Assembly (NCBI GenBank): GCA_965224245.1
Contig: OZ245046.1
Location: 3,584,001 to 3,648,000 of the forward strand
Length of the DNA: 64,000 nucleotides
Origin: Candidatus Eiseniibacteriota bacterium
GTDB lineage: Bacteria; Eisenbacteria; RBG-16-71-46; CAZAMP01
Direction of reading: 5' to 3'
A model generated the notes under the pieces. It had not been told where the DNA came from, searched no databases, and was given only the letters and a program-made list of their open reading frames with translations. This document shows positions 62,292 through 64,000 of the stretch, one piece after another; positions within the stretch are counted from its first letter, which is position 1; every line of letters begins with the position of its first letter. Position numbers and translations under genes: made by a program.

Positions 62292-63834
62292 GGTGATCCT
62301 CGTGGTGGCCTCGTGTCTCTACCTGCCGATCCTGCTCGTGCCGCTCGGTCGTGACCAGGCCATCTTCGCGCTGGTGGGCCGGACGATCCTGGAGGGCGGA
62401 GCGCCGTATCGCGATGCGTTCGACTTCAAGCCGCCGGGGGTCCACCTCGCGTACGCCGCCGCGCTCGCCGTGTTCGGCCGCGCGCCCTGGAGCCCGCTCG
62501 TCCTGGACGCTCTCGCGACTCTCATCGGCTCGTTCTTCCTGTTTCGCCTGCTCCAACCATCGGGGCGGCCGGGCGCCATCACCGCGGCGTTGGTCTACGT
62601 CGTCGTCTCCGCCACCGAGCTGCGGTACTGGGACCTGGCCCAGCCCGAGGGGCTGTCGGTCCCGCTCGTTCTGGGTGCTCTCCTCGCCTGGAGACGCGTG
62701 AACCGTGCGGGAGCGCTGACGGCCGGGGTCGCGATCGGTGCCGCCACGCTCCTCAAGTACCCGGCACTGGGCGCGCTCGCGCTGCTGTGGCTCGTGCCGC
62801 GCGCGACGGCCGGCGAACCGGCACCACCGCGATGGCTTCGAATCGCCTGGACGGGCGTCGGCCTCCTGTGCCCGATCGGCGGCGTGGTGATCTGGCTGGC
62901 CCTCCGGGGCGCGCTGGGGGACTTCGTCGAGATCCAGACCGACTATCTCCCCGGATACAGTCGTCTCATCCAGCTCGCCGGCGCGGGCCGGGCGATCTCC
63001 GACGCGGTGCGGCTGGCCGCCGACTTCCTCGGGGCTCGCCCCCTCGTGTGGATTCCACCGGTGGTGACGTTGCCCTGGCTGCTGCGGAACCGGTGTCTCG
63101 GCCGCACCCGCTGGCTTCCCGCCGGCGGCGTCCTACTGGGGCTCGTGGGCGCTGCGCTCCAGGGCAAGTTCTTTCACTACCACTGGATCCCGCTCCTCCC
63201 GTTCGCGGCGATGGGCACGGGGCTCGGTCTGCAGTCGATGCTGGCGGGCCGGTCGGGCGCGCGGGCCGGAGCCGGCGTGCTCGCCGGAGGAGGCTTGCTC
63301 CTGGCCGTGCTGGCGGCTTTCTCGGCGCGCCCGACCTGGCCGGAGCGGCGCGCGGCGCTCGAGGGGCTCGCGAGCCGGGCCAGCCGCTCCGAGATCGCCG
63401 GGGACGCCGCCTTCGGCGCGTTCGGCGGCGGCGACTACTCCCCCGGCGCGACGTACGCTGCGGCAGAGCGGCTGGCGGCCCTGACCCGCCCCGACGATCG
63501 CGTGTTCGTCTGGGGCTTCGAGCCCCTCCTCTACCTGGTGGCCGATCGGGCCCCGGCGAGCCGGTTCATCTACAATGCACCGCTCCTGAGCCCGTGGTGT
63601 CCCCACCCCTGGATCGATCGCACGCTCGCCGATCTCCGGCGGGACCCACCGGCCGCGATCGTGGTCGTAAGGAACGATGCCATTCCGTGGGTAACCGGGG
63701 TACCCTTCGACTCGGAGACCGCCCTCGGGTACTTCCCCGATCTCGCGCGTCTGATCCGCGCCGAGTACCGCCCGGCGGCCGAGGTCGAAGACTTCGTCAT
63801 CCTGACCCACATCCCCCGAGAGCCGCCGCGATGA
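62281..63834 (+). CDS. GT-C fold membrane glycosyltransferase (ArnT/PMT-like)
   Basis: GRDQ.IF, G..PYRD.FD.KPPG, QPE, LLKYP, FFHYH, VFVWG.EP.LY..ADR; many TM segments. Confidence 0.82.
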   Translation: MTVMVILVVASCLYLPILLVPLGRDQAIFALVGRTILEGGAPYRDAFDFKPPGVHLAYAAALAVFGRAPWSPLVLDALATLIGSFFLFRLLQPSGRPGAITAALVYVVVSATELRYWDLAQPEGLSVPLVLGALLAWRRVNRAGALTAGVAIGAATLLKYPALGALALLWLVPRATAGEPAPPRWLRIAWTGVGLLCPIGGVVIWLALRGALGDFVEIQTDYLPGYSRLIQLAGAGRAISDAVRLAADFLGARPLVWIPPVVTLPWLLRNRCLGRTRWLPAGGVLLGLVGAALQGKFFHYHWIPLLPFAAMGTGLGLQSMLAGRSGARAGAGVLAGGGLLLAVLAAFSARPTWPERRAALEGLASRASRSEIAGDAAFGAFGGGDYSPGATYAAAERLAALTRPDDRVFVWGFEPLLYLVADRAPASRFIYNAPLLSPWCPHPWIDRTLADLRRDPPAAIVVVRNDAIPWVTGVPFDSETALGYFPDLARLIRAEYRPAAEVEDFVILTHIPREPPR

Positions 63835-64000
63835 GCGCGACCGACCCCACGTACCGGACGTACAAGCTCACGCGCCCGACTCGGGCCCGTGGCCGCCTCG
63901 ACTACGAGTCGCATCTGAACGCCTCGCAGTGCGAGGCCGCGATGGCGCTCGAGGGACCGGTGCTCGTGATCGCGGGGGCCGGAACCGGGAAGACGCGCAC
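63831..64000 (+). CDS. UvrD/PcrA-family ATP-dependent helicase, N-terminal part; runs off the window edge
   Basis: Not in the ORF track. Manual translation MSATDPTYRTYKLTRPTRARGRLDYESHLNASQCEAAMALEGPVLVIAGAGTGKTR contains the Q motif and Walker A; ATGA overlap. Confidence 0.9.
   Translation, partial: MSATDPTYRTYKLTRPTRARGRLDYESHLNASQCEAAMALEGPVLVIAGAGTGKTR

Overview
High-GC bacterial chromosomal window with about 45 genes. No rRNA, tRNA, CRISPR array or transposase was recognised. Several secreted proteins carry FlgD-Ig/T9SS-like C-terminal domains, which suggests (inference) an FCB-related lineage such as Eisenbacteria or Latescibacterota. Housekeeping genes are a partial EF-G paralog, rnr, selB, murA, gdhA, argR-argG, prmC, prfA, rpmE, rho, ilvC, priA and a partial UvrD-type helicase, interleaved with accessory genes. 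Most interesting: (1) gdhA next to a PPDK/PEP-synthase N-domain protein lacking the PEP-binding barrel and a divergent GDH paralog that has lost its active-site lysines, with a second degenerate PPDK-like paralog 12 kb away; (2) a coupled two-gene module of a CHAT-like/transglutaminase-like protein and an alpha/beta-hydrolase, a possible protease-effector conflict system; (3) a soluble histidine kinase with tandem AhpD/CMD (CxxC) sensor domains; (4) a secreted Cys-rich protein with an in-frame UGA followed by a SECIS-like hairpin, in a selB-containing genome; (5) a secreted LanC-like protein between prfA and prmC; (6) an ECF sigma factor with a kinase-ATPase-TPR partner. Two genes are frameshifted at or near G homopolymers, which may be sequencing error. 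All domain calls come from reading motifs by eye; no database searches were run.
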